This document shows positions 8,682-19,268 of a stretch of 42,065 nucleotides of DNA, one piece after another. Under the pieces are notes generated by a model, which saw only the letters and a list, made by a program, of their open reading frames with translations, was not told the origin of the DNA and searched no databases. The stretch covers positions 1 to 42,065 of the forward strand of contig JBFGJG010000035.1 of the NCBI GenBank assembly GCA_041577295.1, written 5' to 3'. Within the stretch, counting starts at the first letter, position 1. Each line of letters begins with the position of its first letter. The position numbers and the translations under genes were made by a program. The DNA is from Gemmatimonadales bacterium. GTDB taxonomy: Bacteria; Gemmatimonadota; Gemmatimonadetes; Gemmatimonadales; GWC2-71-9.

Positions 8682-9902
8682 CTAGTGTTTCTTTGACGCG
8701 GCGCTGGCGGTCGCCACGACCCCGTCCCGAACGAGCCGCGTGATTTGGTCGTTACGATATCCAGCCTCTTGCAACACCTCCGCACTGTGTTCTCCGAGGA
8801 GTGGCGCGCCACGCCGAATGGAGATGGGAGAGTGTTCCAGCTTGACCGGACAGCCCAGCGTCTGCACGGTCCCCAGGCTTGCGTGGTGCACGTCGGTCAC
8901 CATCGCACGGGCCAGTGTCTGCGGGTGCGCCAACATATCGCGGATGTCGAGCACCGGTCCTGCGGGAACACCGGCCCTCTCGAGCTGCTCGAGCCATTCA
9001 CTGGTGCTCCGTGTGCGGAAGGCGCGGCCGAGCAGCCGGGCCAGCTCCGCGCGATGGGCCATTCTCCCGGCGTTGTCGCGGAAGCGAGGATCGTCGAGGA
9101 GCTCGGGAAGATCGAGCACGGCGGGGACGCGTTCCCAGGTCGCCTGACTCGACGCACCCAGGTTGATCCAACCATCGGCGGTTTGAAACGCTTCGTACGG
9201 CGCGCTCAACGGATGCGCCGACCCCATGGGTCCCGGGGACACACCGGTCGCGAGCGCGATCGCCGACTGCCAGTATGTATGCGTGATGCCCGCTTCGAAC
9301 AGCGAGGTGTCGACCCGTTGACCGCGTCCCGTGCGGCCCCGGTCGATCAGCGCAGCCAAGACGCCAAGGGCGCCCAAAATGCCCGCCGTCACGTCGGTCA
9401 GCGGTGCACCGCATTTCACCGGCGGGCGGTCCGGGCCTTCACCGGTGATGCTCATGATTCCGCTGTACCCCTGCGCCGTGAGATCGAACCCGCCCCTCTC
9501 CGCATCTGGGCCGGTGCGGCCGAATCCTGAGATCTCGCAGGAGATGAGTCGAGGGTTCTCAGCCCGCAGCGCGTCGTAACCGAGACCGAGCCGCGCCATC
9601 GTGCCCCCGCGAAAGTTTTCGATCATCACGTCGGCATCGATCACGAGACGGCGCGCGACTTCCCGTCCGGCCGTCTGCCTGAGATCGACCGCCACTCCGC
9701 GCTTGTTGCGATTCATCATGAGAAATGCGGCCGACTCGCCGTCGAGTGTCGGTGGGACGAATCGCCGCGACGGATCGCCTGCCGGTAGCGACTCCACTTT
9801 GATCACATCGGCGCCGAGGTCCGCGAGCATCATCCCGCACACAGGCCCCGCCATGATGCGGCCAAACTCAATCACCCGAATTCCATCGAGCGGCGCGGTC
9901 AC
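8682..9902 (-). CDS. Family III CoA-transferase (CaiB/BaiF)
   Basis: PLDGIRVIE, AGP..GMMLADLGADVIKVE, NRNKRG, ENFR, ISGFG and catalytic Asp in PLTDVTAG. Confidence 0.93.
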   Translation of the reverse strand: MTAPLDGIRVIEFGRIMAGPVCGMMLADLGADVIKVESLPAGDPSRRFVPPTLDGESAAFLMMNRNKRGVAVDLRQTAGREVARRLVIDADVMIENFRGGTMARLGLGYDALRAENPRLISCEISGFGRTGPDAERGGFDLTAQGYSGIMSITGEGPDRPPVKCGAPLTDVTAGILGALGVLAALIDRGRTGRGQRVDTSLFEAGITHTYWQSAIALATGVSPGPMGSAHPLSAPYEAFQTADGWINLGASSQATWERVPAVLDLPELLDDPRFRDNAGRMAHRAELARLLGRAFRTRSTSEWLEQLERAGVPAGPVLDIRDMLAHPQTLARAMVTDVHHASLGTVQTLGCPVKLEHSPISIRRGAPLLGEHSAEVLQEAGYRNDQITRLVRDGVVATASAASKKH

Positions 9903-10678
9903 TAGCGGCCCCGGAAGTCCGGCTTCCGCTTTGCAAGAAATGCGCGGAAGCCAGCCTGGTAATCTTCCGTTGCGAACGCCGCGTATCCCTCGGCCAGCTC
10001 CTCGTCGGTCAACGGCGCCGGGTCGGCCAGCCTACGCGCGAACTTCTTGTGCCACCGATTCACCAGTGGTGCCCCCGCAGCGATCCGGCCAGCCACGGCA
10101 TACGCTTCCCGCTCAACCTCGCCGTCTTCCACCACGCGGCTCACCACGCCAAAGCGCAACGCTCGGTCCGCATCGTATACTGCGCCCTCCAAGAGCATCT
10201 CGAGTGCGGCGTTCCTGCCAACCGCCTCAATGAAGAACTGCAGCTCATCATAGGCCATGGTGAGCCCCAGCCGGTTGATAGGGACCCCGAACCGACTCGA
10301 GCGTCCACAGACGCGAATGTCACACGCGCACGCAATCTCCAACCCTCCACCCACACAAGCACCTTTGATGAGCGCGACGGTGGGATGCACCGAGTTCGCA
10401 ACCGCCAGAATGCCCGCCATCTCTGCCACACCGTACGCACGCGCATTCTCGGCCGTGCGCTCACGCTCGAAGGTCGAGATGTCTGCCCCGGCGGCAAACG
10501 CACGATCGCCGGCCCCTCGCACGACAACACAGCGGAGCGCCGTGTCACCGTCTAAGCGCCGCATAGTCTTCGCGAGCGCTCGCCACGCCGCGAGGTCGAG
10601 CGCATTCATTCGTTCGGGTCGATTGAGAATGACGGTGGCGATCGGACCGTCTCGTTCCAGCAGCACGCGATCGGTCAT
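9902..10678 (-). CDS. Enoyl-CoA hydratase/isomerase (crotonase family)
   Basis: LNRPERMNAL, FAAGADI, GACVGGGLEIA, CDIR; start reassigned to ATG 10678. Confidence 0.92.
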   Translation of the reverse strand: MTDRVLLERDGPIATVILNRPERMNALDLAAWRALAKTMRRLDGDTALRCVVVRGAGDRAFAAGADISTFERERTAENARAYGVAEMAGILAVANSVHPTVALIKGACVGGGLEIACACDIRVCGRSSRFGVPINRLGLTMAYDELQFFIEAVGRNAALEMLLEGAVYDADRALRFGVVSRVVEDGEVEREAYAVAGRIAAGAPLVNRWHKKFARRLADPAPLTDEELAEGYAAFATEDYQAGFRAFLAKRKPDFRGR

Positions 10679-10695
10679 GGCTATCTCGATTGGGG

Positions 10696-11979
10696 TCAGC
10701 GATAGAAGAGTTCGACGAGCGCCATTGGGACGAACGGAACGTAGGTCACCAGGATGAGCACGGCCAGCAGGACGCCGACGAACGGGATGTTCATCTTGCT
10801 GACATCCCAGATGTCCGCCTTCGCCACCGAGCACGCGGTCACCAGCACACTCGCCACTGGCGGGGTCTGTTGTCCGATCCCGAGGTTGAGCGTCACCACG
10901 AGACCAAAGTGCACCGGATCGATCCCAACCGCATTGACCAACGGCATGACGATTGGGACCACCAGGATGATCGCCGCCGCCGAATGCAAGAACAGGCCGA
11001 TGATTAGGAAAAACACATTCAGCAGCGCCAGCACAACCAGGGGATTCTGCGTCAGACCAATAATCCCTTCCGCCACGCGCTGCGGGAGTTGCATCTCGGT
11101 GAGATACTCACCGAGCAACGCGGAGGTGGCCACCAGCAGCATCACGATCGCGGTCTGATTCCCTGCATCCACCAACGCCCGGCGCGTGTGGGCCCACGAC
11201 AGCTCACGATAGATGACCCCACCGATCACCGCCGCAGCGAGCACGGCCAAACCGGCACCCTCAGTGGCGGTCACCCACCCGGTGAAGATGCCACCCAAGA
11301 TGATCAGCGGCAGCAGCAGGGCCCACCCGGCCGCCTTGAAGGTGGTCCACACGCGACGCAGCGCGAAGATCTCCTCAATGGGAAAGTCGTACCGAACCGC
11401 CAGAAGGTACGCCACACCCATCATGGTGAGGCCCCCCAACACGCCCGGAATGATGCCCGCGACGAACAGCTCAACGATCGAGCTGTTTGACATGACGCCG
11501 TAGAGAATCATGGGGATGGACGGAGGGATGATGACGGCAAGCGTGGCCGATGACGAGGTCACCGCCGCCGCAAACGCGGTAGAGTACCCTCGCTCTTTCA
11601 TTGCCGGTATGAGGATCGAGCCGAGGGCGGCGACGTCCGCAACAGCCGAACCCGAGATCTCCGCGAAGAAAAGCGACGCCCCAATGGTGACCATGGAGAG
11701 GCCACCGCGAACGAATCCAAACAGCGCCGTGGCAAACGCCACCAACCGCCGGGAGATCCCCGACGTGTTCATAATGGCGCCGGCCAGAATGAACAGCGGA
11801 ATCGCAATCAGCGGGAAGCTGGTAGAGCCGTCGAACAGCACGATCGCCACGTTGGGGAGGCTCGCCGTGCCGGATGCCAATACCATTGCCACGACGGCGA
11901 CCACGCCCAATGCGATGGCAATGGGCACATCGATGATCACGAGCACCAGGAGGCCCACTAGCAGCAACGCGAGCGTCAC
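10696..11979 (-). CDS. dctM: TRAP transporter large permease (DctM)
   Basis: Highly hydrophobic; AIPLFILAGAIM, SGSAVADVAALG, IIPPSIP, GIDPVHFG, TPPV motifs. Confidence 0.93.
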   Translation of the reverse strand: MTLALLLVGLLVLVIIDVPIAIALGVVAVVAMVLASGTASLPNVAIVLFDGSTSFPLIAIPLFILAGAIMNTSGISRRLVAFATALFGFVRGGLSMVTIGASLFFAEISGSAVADVAALGSILIPAMKERGYSTAFAAAVTSSSATLAVIIPPSIPMILYGVMSNSSIVELFVAGIIPGVLGGLTMMGVAYLLAVRYDFPIEEIFALRRVWTTFKAAGWALLLPLIILGGIFTGWVTATEGAGLAVLAAAVIGGVIYRELSWAHTRRALVDAGNQTAIVMLLVATSALLGEYLTEMQLPQRVAEGIIGLTQNPLVVLALLNVFFLIIGLFLHSAAAIILVVPIVMPLVNAVGIDPVHFGLVVTLNLGIGQQTPPVASVLVTACSVAKADIWDVSKMNIPFVGVLLAVLILVTYVPFVPMALVELFYR

Positions 11980-12428
11980 GCGGGTCGCTCCTGACGGAGG
12001 CTCAGCAGCTCAGCAATAATGAACAGCACGGCACCGATAGGGATCACCGAGTGCGTGAGGCGCGTGGGGACCCACGGAAGCGTCACGAGCGCATCACCAC
12101 CCAGCACCCGCAGGACCGTCACACCGGCCCACCCCGCGACCAGGAAAAAGCCGATGACGATCGCCTCGCGAATCACCACAACCCACCGCCGGGCCGACGG
12201 CGGGAGCATCTCCACCACTTTGCCAAACCCGATGTGCGCGCGCCGATAGGCCGCAAGGCAAGCGCCGTAAAAAGTGAGCCAGGCGAGCAGCACCGACGCC
12301 ACCTCGTCGTACCAAGCGAGGGCTGCTCCGGCCTTGCGGAACGCGACGCCGGCGACGACCAACACGGCCAGCGACGCCATCAGCGCGATGACGATGCTTT
12401 CGAGGAAGCGTTCGAACGAGCGGCGCAA
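11976..12428 (-). CDS. dctQ: TRAP transporter small permease (DctQ)
   Basis: Four TM segments; W.DEVA..LLAWLTF.GA...Y...AHI motif; lies between dctP and dctM. Confidence 0.9.
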   Translation of the reverse strand: MRRSFERFLESIVIALMASLAVLVVAGVAFRKAGAALAWYDEVASVLLAWLTFYGACLAAYRRAHIGFGKVVEMLPPSARRWVVVIREAIVIGFFLVAGWAGVTVLRVLGGDALVTLPWVPTRLTHSVIPIGAVLFIIAELLSLRQERPA

Positions 12429-12436
12429 GGGGTGTC

Positions 12437-13423
12437 TTATGGACTCATGAGGTCACGGACAGTGGTGATCAGTATGTCGCCACCCGTGACCGAGGCGGCA
12501 AACTCCTCGTAGATCCCGCCGCTCGCGGCGAGAAAGCGGGCGGCGTCCGGCTGGTTAACCGCGACACCGGCCGCCTCGATCTGTCCCAACAACTCCGCAT
12601 CCAAACGGGCGGCGGTCTCGTAGACAAAACTCTGGGTGGCCCGCGCCGTCTCCGTGAGAATCCGCCGCACGTCTTCCGGCAAACGTTGCCACGGTCCGGC
12701 GCCGGCCGTTACGAAGGCCGGCGTGTACACATGCCCTGTGAGCGAGAGGTAGCGCTGTACCTCGTGCAATTTGGAAGCGTAGATCTGCGCCAGTGGATTC
12801 TCCTGACCATCCATGACACCGGTTTGGAGCGCAATGAACACTTCGGACAGCGGCATGGGTGTCGGGTTGGCTCCGTACGCTTGAAACATCCGCACGCGCC
12901 ACCGGCCGCGTGGCGTACGCAGTTTGATCCCGCGAAGATCCTCGGGTGCTACAATCGGACGAGCATTGTTGGTGATATGACGAAAGCCATTCTCCCACAC
13001 GGCGAGAATGTGGTAACCCCGTGCCGCCGCGAGACCGGCGAACGTTGGCCACACAACCGCTTCCTCGATGCGCTGCATGTGCTCGCGGTCTCCTATGAGA
13101 TACGGCATTTCGAACAGTCCAAATTCGTCGACAACCGACGACATGACCGTCGACGGCAACGAAAAGTCGAGCGTGCCGAGCTTGAGCTTTTGCAGCATCA
13201 CTTCGTCGCCGCCCAGTTGGCTCGAGCCGTACACAATTACCTGGTATCCGTCGGGGAGGCGTTCGTTCGCCCGGCGTGCAAACTCCTGAGCCGACAACGC
13301 GAACAACGACCCCGGGGAACCCACATGGCCGAACTTGAGCTCGCGCGGTCCGTCCTCTCCAACGGTGCACGTCCACAGGAGGAGACAACCCACGAGGCTG
13401 GACACTCGTCCACGACCCGTCAC
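12437..13423 (-). CDS. dctP: TRAP transporter substrate-binding protein (DctP)
   Basis: SSQLG, WENGFRHITN, DLRGIKLRTP (conserved carboxylate-binding Arg), EVFIALQTGVMDGQENP. Confidence 0.93.
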   Translation of the reverse strand: MTGRGRVSSLVGCLLLWTCTVGEDGPRELKFGHVGSPGSLFALSAQEFARRANERLPDGYQVIVYGSSQLGGDEVMLQKLKLGTLDFSLPSTVMSSVVDEFGLFEMPYLIGDREHMQRIEEAVVWPTFAGLAAARGYHILAVWENGFRHITNNARPIVAPEDLRGIKLRTPRGRWRVRMFQAYGANPTPMPLSEVFIALQTGVMDGQENPLAQIYASKLHEVQRYLSLTGHVYTPAFVTAGAGPWQRLPEDVRRILTETARATQSFVYETAARLDAELLGQIEAAGVAVNQPDAARFLAASGGIYEEFAASVTGGDILITTVRDLMSP

Positions 13424-14598
13424 GACACTCCTCCCGTGCGCGCGAGGAAGTCGAGAGCCGCTGCCACCCCGCCCTTCTTATGGGGCACCTTCGCGACCGT
13501 CAGACCCATGTCGATGCCGCACAATGTGCCGGCGAGCATCAACGCGTTGAAGTCACCGAGATGACCGATCCGGAACACTTTGCCTTTTAGCTTTCCCAAT
13601 CCCGCACCAAGCGAAAGATCGAATCGATCGAGCGCGACCTGCCGGAACTGGTCGGCGTCGTGTCCCGCCGGCACGAGGACGGTGGTGACCGTATTGCTGT
13701 ACTCCGCCGCATTGAGAGGGAATAGCTCGAGCCCCCACGCGCTCACCGCGCATCGTGTGGCCTCCGCCAACCGGCGGTGCCGAGCGAATACTCGTTCGAG
13801 CCCCTCCTCCTCCAGCATGTGCAGCGCTTCCCGAAGGCCGAACAGCAAGTTCGTGGCGGGCGTGTAGGGGAAGAAGCCGGCCTGGTTGAACGAGAGCATC
13901 TCCCCCCAGTTCCAGTACGACCCCGGAAGCTTGGCCGCACGACTCGCGGCGAGCGCCTTTTCGCTCACGGCATTGAACGCGAGCCCCGGCGGGAGCATGA
14001 GCCCCTTTTGCGACCCCGCCACCGTGACGTCCACCCCCCAATCACCATGCCGATAATCGATGGAGCCCACCGATGAGACCACGTCCACCATGAGCAGCGC
14101 GGGGTGACGCTCCCTGTCCATGGCCGCACGCACCGCTGCAACGTCGGCCGTGACGCCGGTCGACGTCTCGTTGTGCACGATGGCCACTGCCTTGTAATGG
14201 TGCTCGCGGTCCGCGGACAGATATTCCTCGACCGTGGCAGGATCAACAGCACGTCGCCAGTCGCCCTCGACGAACCGCACATCCAGACCCAGCCGCTGGG
14301 CCACACGGTACCAGTTCGTGGCGAAGACGCCGTGGTCGAACATCAAGACGCCATCTCCCGGCGAAAGGGTGTTGACCAAGGCGGCCTCCCACCCACCACT
14401 CCCCGATGCGGGGTAGACGAGCACTGGATCGGAGGTCCGAAAAACGCGTTTGAGACCGTCGAGCACTTCCTTGGCCAGCGAGGCGAACTCGGGACCTCGG
14501 TGATCGATCGTCGGGCGATCCATCGCCCGAAGCACGCGGTCGGGCACGTTGGTGGGGCCGGGAATCTGCAGAAAATGCCTACCGCTGCGGTACGCCAC
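13420..14598 (-). CDS. Class V PLP aminotransferase (serine/alanine-glyoxylate aminotransferase-like)
   Basis: GRHFLQIPGPTNVP, VHNETSTG, GSQKGLMLPPG (PLP lysine), FPYTP, FRIGHLG. Confidence 0.92.
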   Translation of the reverse strand: MAYRSGRHFLQIPGPTNVPDRVLRAMDRPTIDHRGPEFASLAKEVLDGLKRVFRTSDPVLVYPASGSGGWEAALVNTLSPGDGVLMFDHGVFATNWYRVAQRLGLDVRFVEGDWRRAVDPATVEEYLSADREHHYKAVAIVHNETSTGVTADVAAVRAAMDRERHPALLMVDVVSSVGSIDYRHGDWGVDVTVAGSQKGLMLPPGLAFNAVSEKALAASRAAKLPGSYWNWGEMLSFNQAGFFPYTPATNLLFGLREALHMLEEEGLERVFARHRRLAEATRCAVSAWGLELFPLNAAEYSNTVTTVLVPAGHDADQFRQVALDRFDLSLGAGLGKLKGKVFRIGHLGDFNALMLAGTLCGIDMGLTVAKVPHKKGGVAAALDFLARTGGVS

Positions 14599-14704
14599 GC
14601 TGTCCTTTCGACTGGGGAGACGGTCGATAGCTTTCTAGGAATCGTTGCAATGGTACGGGCCCGGCAGACCGGACGAAAGATGGCATTAGCCCACGTGGCC
14701 TAAC

Positions 14705-17632
14705 GTGCACGCATCGCATACTCCCCTTGGCGACCCAGGTCTCGCCGCAAAACTGCAGCGGGCGATCCGTGGCGACGTGCGCTTCGATCCGTTCAGCCGC
14801 GGCCGCTACAGCACCGACGCTTCCATCTACCAGATTGAACCTATCGGCGTCGTCATACCCCGCACGGTGGATGACGTGATCGCTTCCGTGCAGATCGCCG
14901 CCGAGGAGGGAGTTCCGATCTTGCCGCGGGGCGCTGGCACGTCGCAGGCCGGTCAGACGGTCGGAAGAGCACTGGTCATCGACACGAGCAAGCACCTCAC
15001 GCGGTGGAGCGACCTCGACACCGAGCAACGGACCATCACCGTCGAGCCCGGCGTCGTGCTCGATCATCTCAATACATCCCTGAAACCGCACGGACTGTTC
15101 TTTCCCGTCGACGTCGCCACCTCCAGCCAGGCGACGCTCGGCGGCATGGTGGGGAACAACAGTGCCGGCACCCGGTCCATTCAATACGGCCTGATGGTCG
15201 ACAACGTTCACGAGGTCGAGGCCCTCCTGAGCGACGGCAGACAAATGACCTTCGGACCCGTGCCCGCCGAGCTGTCCGAGATTGGAAGTGTGGCGGATGC
15301 CGACGCGTATCGTGAGATCGTCCGCCGGGTGCGCGCGCTGTACCTCGAGACACAGGATGAGCTCGAGACGCGCATACCAAAGGTGCTACGTCATGTGGCC
15401 GGGTATAACCTGCACCGACTTTCGCTCGACGGGCACAACATGGCCGCGTTGCTGGTCGGCTCCGAGGGAACGCTTGCGTTTTTCACCAGGATCACCCTCA
15501 CGCTCGCACCGCTCCCCCCTCACAAGGTCCTGGGCGTCTGCCACTTTCCGTCCCTGGCGTTCGCGATGGATGCGGTGCGCTACATCGTCGAGCTCAAACC
15601 ATCGGCTGTCGAGCTGGTGGACCGAACACTGCTGGACCTGGCAAACCGGAACCCGTCGTATCAAGCCGCACTCAGCCGTTTCGTTCGAGGAGATCCCGAG
15701 GCGTTGCTGCTCGTAGAGCTGACCGGAGATGATCCCGACGTATTGAAGAAACGGCTCGCCGACCTCGACGAGGTGATGACGGGACTCGGCTTTCCAGATC
15801 GAGTGGTCACCGCCGTCGAGCCCGCGCTGCAATCCGAGATCTGGTCTGTCCGCAAGGCCGGCCTCAACATCGTCATGTCGATGCGGGGAGACCAAAAACC
15901 CGTGTCGTTCATCGAGGATTGCGCGGTTCCCCTGGAACGTCTCGCCGAATATACCGACCGGCTCTCGGAGATCTTTCGCAAGCACGGCACCTCGGGCACG
16001 TGGTACGCCCACGCGTCGGTGGGCTGTTTGCACGTGCGCCCTATCCTGAATCTGAAGGATGGTGCTGACGTGAAGCGAATGCGCGAGATCGCGGAGGAAG
16101 CGCACGAGCTTGTGCGCAACTTCAAGGGGTCACACTCCGGCGAGCACGGCGACGGCATCGTGCGCTCCGAGTTTCTCGGCGGCATGCTCGGCCCGAAGAT
16201 CGTGCACGCGTTTGAAGAGATCAAACGGTGCTTCGATCCAACCGGGCTCTTCAATCCGGGCAAGATCGTGAACTCGCAGCGGATGGATGACCGCCAGCTC
16301 CTCCGGTATGGCCCGGATTACACGCCGCTGGCGTTGACGCCTGCGCTCGACTGGAGACCGTGGAACGGACTCGCCGGCGCCGCGGAGATGTGCAACAACA
16401 ACGGCGTGTGCCGCAAAGCAGCGCCGGCGGTCATGTGCCCGTCATTCCGCGTCACCCATGACGAAACGCACGTCACGCGGGGACGGGCCAACACGCTCCG
16501 GTTGGCGCTCACCGGACAGCTCGGACCGGATGCCTTTACCTCGCCCGCGATGTACGAGACGCTCGACTTGTGCATCAGCTGCAAGGCCTGTCGACGGGAA
16601 TGCCCTACCGGTGTCGACATGGCAAAAATGAAGATCGAGTTCTTACATCACTACTACGCACAACACGGCATTCCGCGTCGGAAGCGGCTCATCGCCTATC
16701 TGCCCCGATATGCCCCGACACTTTCCCGGACGCCGGCACTTCTCAACCTGCGTGACCGGGTTCCCGGGCTCGCCCGGGTTACCGGTCACTTGCTCGGCAT
16801 CACACCACGTCGTGAGCTTCCGCCGTGGCGTCGGGATGCATTTCGCGACCCAGCGACAGCCGTCCCGCCTGAAGAGGCGGACGTCGTGCTGTTCGTCGAC
16901 ACGTTCAATCGGTACTTCGAGCCCGACAATGTCCGGTCGGCGTTGACGGTGCTCGAGGCTATCGGTTGCCGAGTCGCACTGCCGTCTCCGAAGGACCGCG
17001 AGCGCCCTCTCTGTTGTGGCAGGACATTTCTCAACGCCGGACTAGTGGAGGACGCACGGCTCGAGGCTCGTCGTGTGATCGATACGCTCATTCCGTACGC
17101 GGAGCATGGGGTCCCCATTGTCGGTTTGGAACCGTCGTGTTTGCTCACCTTCCGCGATGAGCTCACGGCGATGGTACCGGATGAGGCTGCGGCTACCGTG
17201 GCAGACCATGCACTACTGCTGGAGGAGTTTCTGGTGCGTGACGGTGGGCGTGCGCAGCTCGCAAAGATGCTCGGTACGCCGAGGACAAGCGAGATCCTCG
17301 TGCACGGCCATTGTCACCAAAAGGCGTTTGGCACCATGGAGAGCATGATGGAGGTGCTACGATGGCTTCCAGGTGTCGACGTGCAGCCCATCGCGGCCGG
17401 ATGCTGTGGCATGGCAGGTTCGTTTGGCTACGAGAGTGAACACTATGATATGTCGATGGCCATGGGTGAACTCGAGCTCCTTCCTGTCGTGCGATCGGCC
17501 GGACCCGACACGTGGATCGCCGCAAACGGTACGAGCTGTCGGCGACAGATCTACGATGGTGCGGGGCGTCGCGCCGTGCACGCGGTCCACATTCTCGCGG
17601 GTGCACTCACGCGGGCTGGCGGAGGTAAGTGA
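14705..17632 (+). CDS. FAD-binding/Fe-S oxidoreductase (GlcD+GlcF/YdiJ-like 2-hydroxyacid dehydrogenase)
   Basis: YSTDASIYQ, PRGAGTS, SGEHGDG, FNPGK, CNNNGVCRK, CISCKACRRECP ferredoxin motif, CCG domains. Confidence 0.92.
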   Translation: MHASHTPLGDPGLAAKLQRAIRGDVRFDPFSRGRYSTDASIYQIEPIGVVIPRTVDDVIASVQIAAEEGVPILPRGAGTSQAGQTVGRALVIDTSKHLTRWSDLDTEQRTITVEPGVVLDHLNTSLKPHGLFFPVDVATSSQATLGGMVGNNSAGTRSIQYGLMVDNVHEVEALLSDGRQMTFGPVPAELSEIGSVADADAYREIVRRVRALYLETQDELETRIPKVLRHVAGYNLHRLSLDGHNMAALLVGSEGTLAFFTRITLTLAPLPPHKVLGVCHFPSLAFAMDAVRYIVELKPSAVELVDRTLLDLANRNPSYQAALSRFVRGDPEALLLVELTGDDPDVLKKRLADLDEVMTGLGFPDRVVTAVEPALQSEIWSVRKAGLNIVMSMRGDQKPVSFIEDCAVPLERLAEYTDRLSEIFRKHGTSGTWYAHASVGCLHVRPILNLKDGADVKRMREIAEEAHELVRNFKGSHSGEHGDGIVRSEFLGGMLGPKIVHAFEEIKRCFDPTGLFNPGKIVNSQRMDDRQLLRYGPDYTPLALTPALDWRPWNGLAGAAEMCNNNGVCRKAAPAVMCPSFRVTHDETHVTRGRANTLRLALTGQLGPDAFTSPAMYETLDLCISCKACRRECPTGVDMAKMKIEFLHHYYAQHGIPRRKRLIAYLPRYAPTLSRTPALLNLRDRVPGLARVTGHLLGITPRRELPPWRRDAFRDPATAVPPEEADVVLFVDTFNRYFEPDNVRSALTVLEAIGCRVALPSPKDRERPLCCGRTFLNAGLVEDARLEARRVIDTLIPYAEHGVPIVGLEPSCLLTFRDELTAMVPDEAAATVADHALLLEEFLVRDGGRAQLAKMLGTPRTSEILVHGHCHQKAFGTMESMMEVLRWLPGVDVQPIAAGCCGMAGSFGYESEHYDMSMAMGELELLPVVRSAGPDTWIAANGTSCRRQIYDGAGRRAVHAVHILAGALTRAGGGK

Positions 17633-19183
17633 ATGTTCGCGACACTGATCCTAATCCTCTCGTGTGTGGCGCTCCAGGGCCTTGGTGCGCAGGAACGGTC
17701 GACGGAGTCGTTCGACGTGGTCGAGGCGACGATTGCGGATATCCACCGGGCGATGACCGCCGGAGAGTTGACAGCCCAGGAGTTGGTCCAGCGGTACCTC
17801 GACCGCATCGCCGCGTACGACAAGGAAGGACCTGCGATCAATGCCATCATTCTCGTGAACCCAAACGCGCTCCAGCGAGCTGCGGAGTTGGATCGCGCAT
17901 TGGCAGAGTCCGGAATGGTCGGTCCGCTCCACGGCATCCCCGTGATCGTCAAAGACAACTACGACACGTACGACCTTGCGACGACCGCAGGCTCGCTCGC
18001 GCTCGCCGGATCGGTCCCACCCGACGATGCCTACCAGGTACGGCGCCTGCGTGAAGCGGGTGCCATCATCCTGGCGAAATCCAACATGGCGGAGTTTGCG
18101 TTCTCGCCGTATGAAACGGTGGGCTCGATGCTTCCCGGTCACACGCGCAACCCCTATGCACTCAACCGAGTCCCCGCGGGATCCAGCGGAGGCACGGCGG
18201 CCGGGGTCGCTGCGAGCTTTGGCGCCGTTGGGCTGGGAACCGATACCGGCAACTCCATCCGTGGCCCCTCGGCACACAATGCCCTCGTCGGGATTCGCTC
18301 GACCATGGGTCTAACGAGTCGCGACGGTATCGTGCCGCTCTATCTCGACCGAGACATCGGCGGACCGATGGCGCGAACGGTGGCCGACGCGGCGCTCGTG
18401 CTGGATGTCATCGTGGGATACGATCCGGCGGACCCGGTTACCGCGCCCAGCCGGGACCATCGGCCGGCGAGACGCTACAGCGATTCTCTCGATCCAACGG
18501 CACTCACCGGTGCGCGCATTGGGGTGCTGCGGCAGTGGTCGGACCGCGAGGGAGCCGATTCCGAGGTGTTAGCGCGATTCGGGGAGGCGCTGGACGTGTT
18601 ACGACAGCAGGGTGCGACGGTGGTCGATCCGGTGATCATTCCGGAGATCGACACGCTGCGGCAAAGCGGGCTGTGGTGTCGCCGATTCCAGGCGGATCTG
18701 AACGCGTATCTCGCGACCCTCGGAGCGGCCGCACCGGTCCACTCCCTTGCGGAGGTCCTCGAGTCCCGCCGTTTCCACCCGGGGATTCAGTCGCGGCTCG
18801 AGTTCTTTCGTGACATCACAGAGCCGCCAGACGTGGAGCCAGGTTGTGTGCGAGCCCGGGAGAACCAGGAGCGATTGCGCGCGGCGGTACATCGACAGTT
18901 GCGCGCGCACGACGTCGACGCGTTCGTCTTCCCAACCTGGAGCAACCCGCCCCGATTGATCGGAGACCTCAACACCCCTCACGGCGACAACAGTCAGGAC
19001 CTCGCCCCGCACACGGGGTTCCCCGCGATCACGGTACCGATGGGATATGTTCGCGGCACCTTGCCCGTGGGATTGCAGATCCTCGGAGACGCGTGGTCGG
19101 AACCGGTCCTCATCGGGTTGGCGTTCGCATTCGAGCAAGCCACCAAGCACCGGCGAGCACCACCGAGCACGCCCCCGCTGTGA
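17633..19183 (+). CDS. Secreted amidase-signature family enzyme
   Basis: GPLHGIPVIVKDN, GSSGG, GTDTGNSIRGPS (Ser-cisSer-Lys triad); signal peptide. Confidence 0.92.
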   Translation: MFATLILILSCVALQGLGAQERSTESFDVVEATIADIHRAMTAGELTAQELVQRYLDRIAAYDKEGPAINAIILVNPNALQRAAELDRALAESGMVGPLHGIPVIVKDNYDTYDLATTAGSLALAGSVPPDDAYQVRRLREAGAIILAKSNMAEFAFSPYETVGSMLPGHTRNPYALNRVPAGSSGGTAAGVAASFGAVGLGTDTGNSIRGPSAHNALVGIRSTMGLTSRDGIVPLYLDRDIGGPMARTVADAALVLDVIVGYDPADPVTAPSRDHRPARRYSDSLDPTALTGARIGVLRQWSDREGADSEVLARFGEALDVLRQQGATVVDPVIIPEIDTLRQSGLWCRRFQADLNAYLATLGAAAPVHSLAEVLESRRFHPGIQSRLEFFRDITEPPDVEPGCVRARENQERLRAAVHRQLRAHDVDAFVFPTWSNPPRLIGDLNTPHGDNSQDLAPHTGFPAITVPMGYVRGTLPVGLQILGDAWSEPVLIGLAFAFEQATKHRRAPPSTPPL

Positions 19184-19268
19184 CAGCTGCAACCATGCGG
19201 AACATCTTCGTATCTACTTTTTATACAGCATTCTGATGTCATCCCCGCCAGCCCAGAGGAGATTTCCG

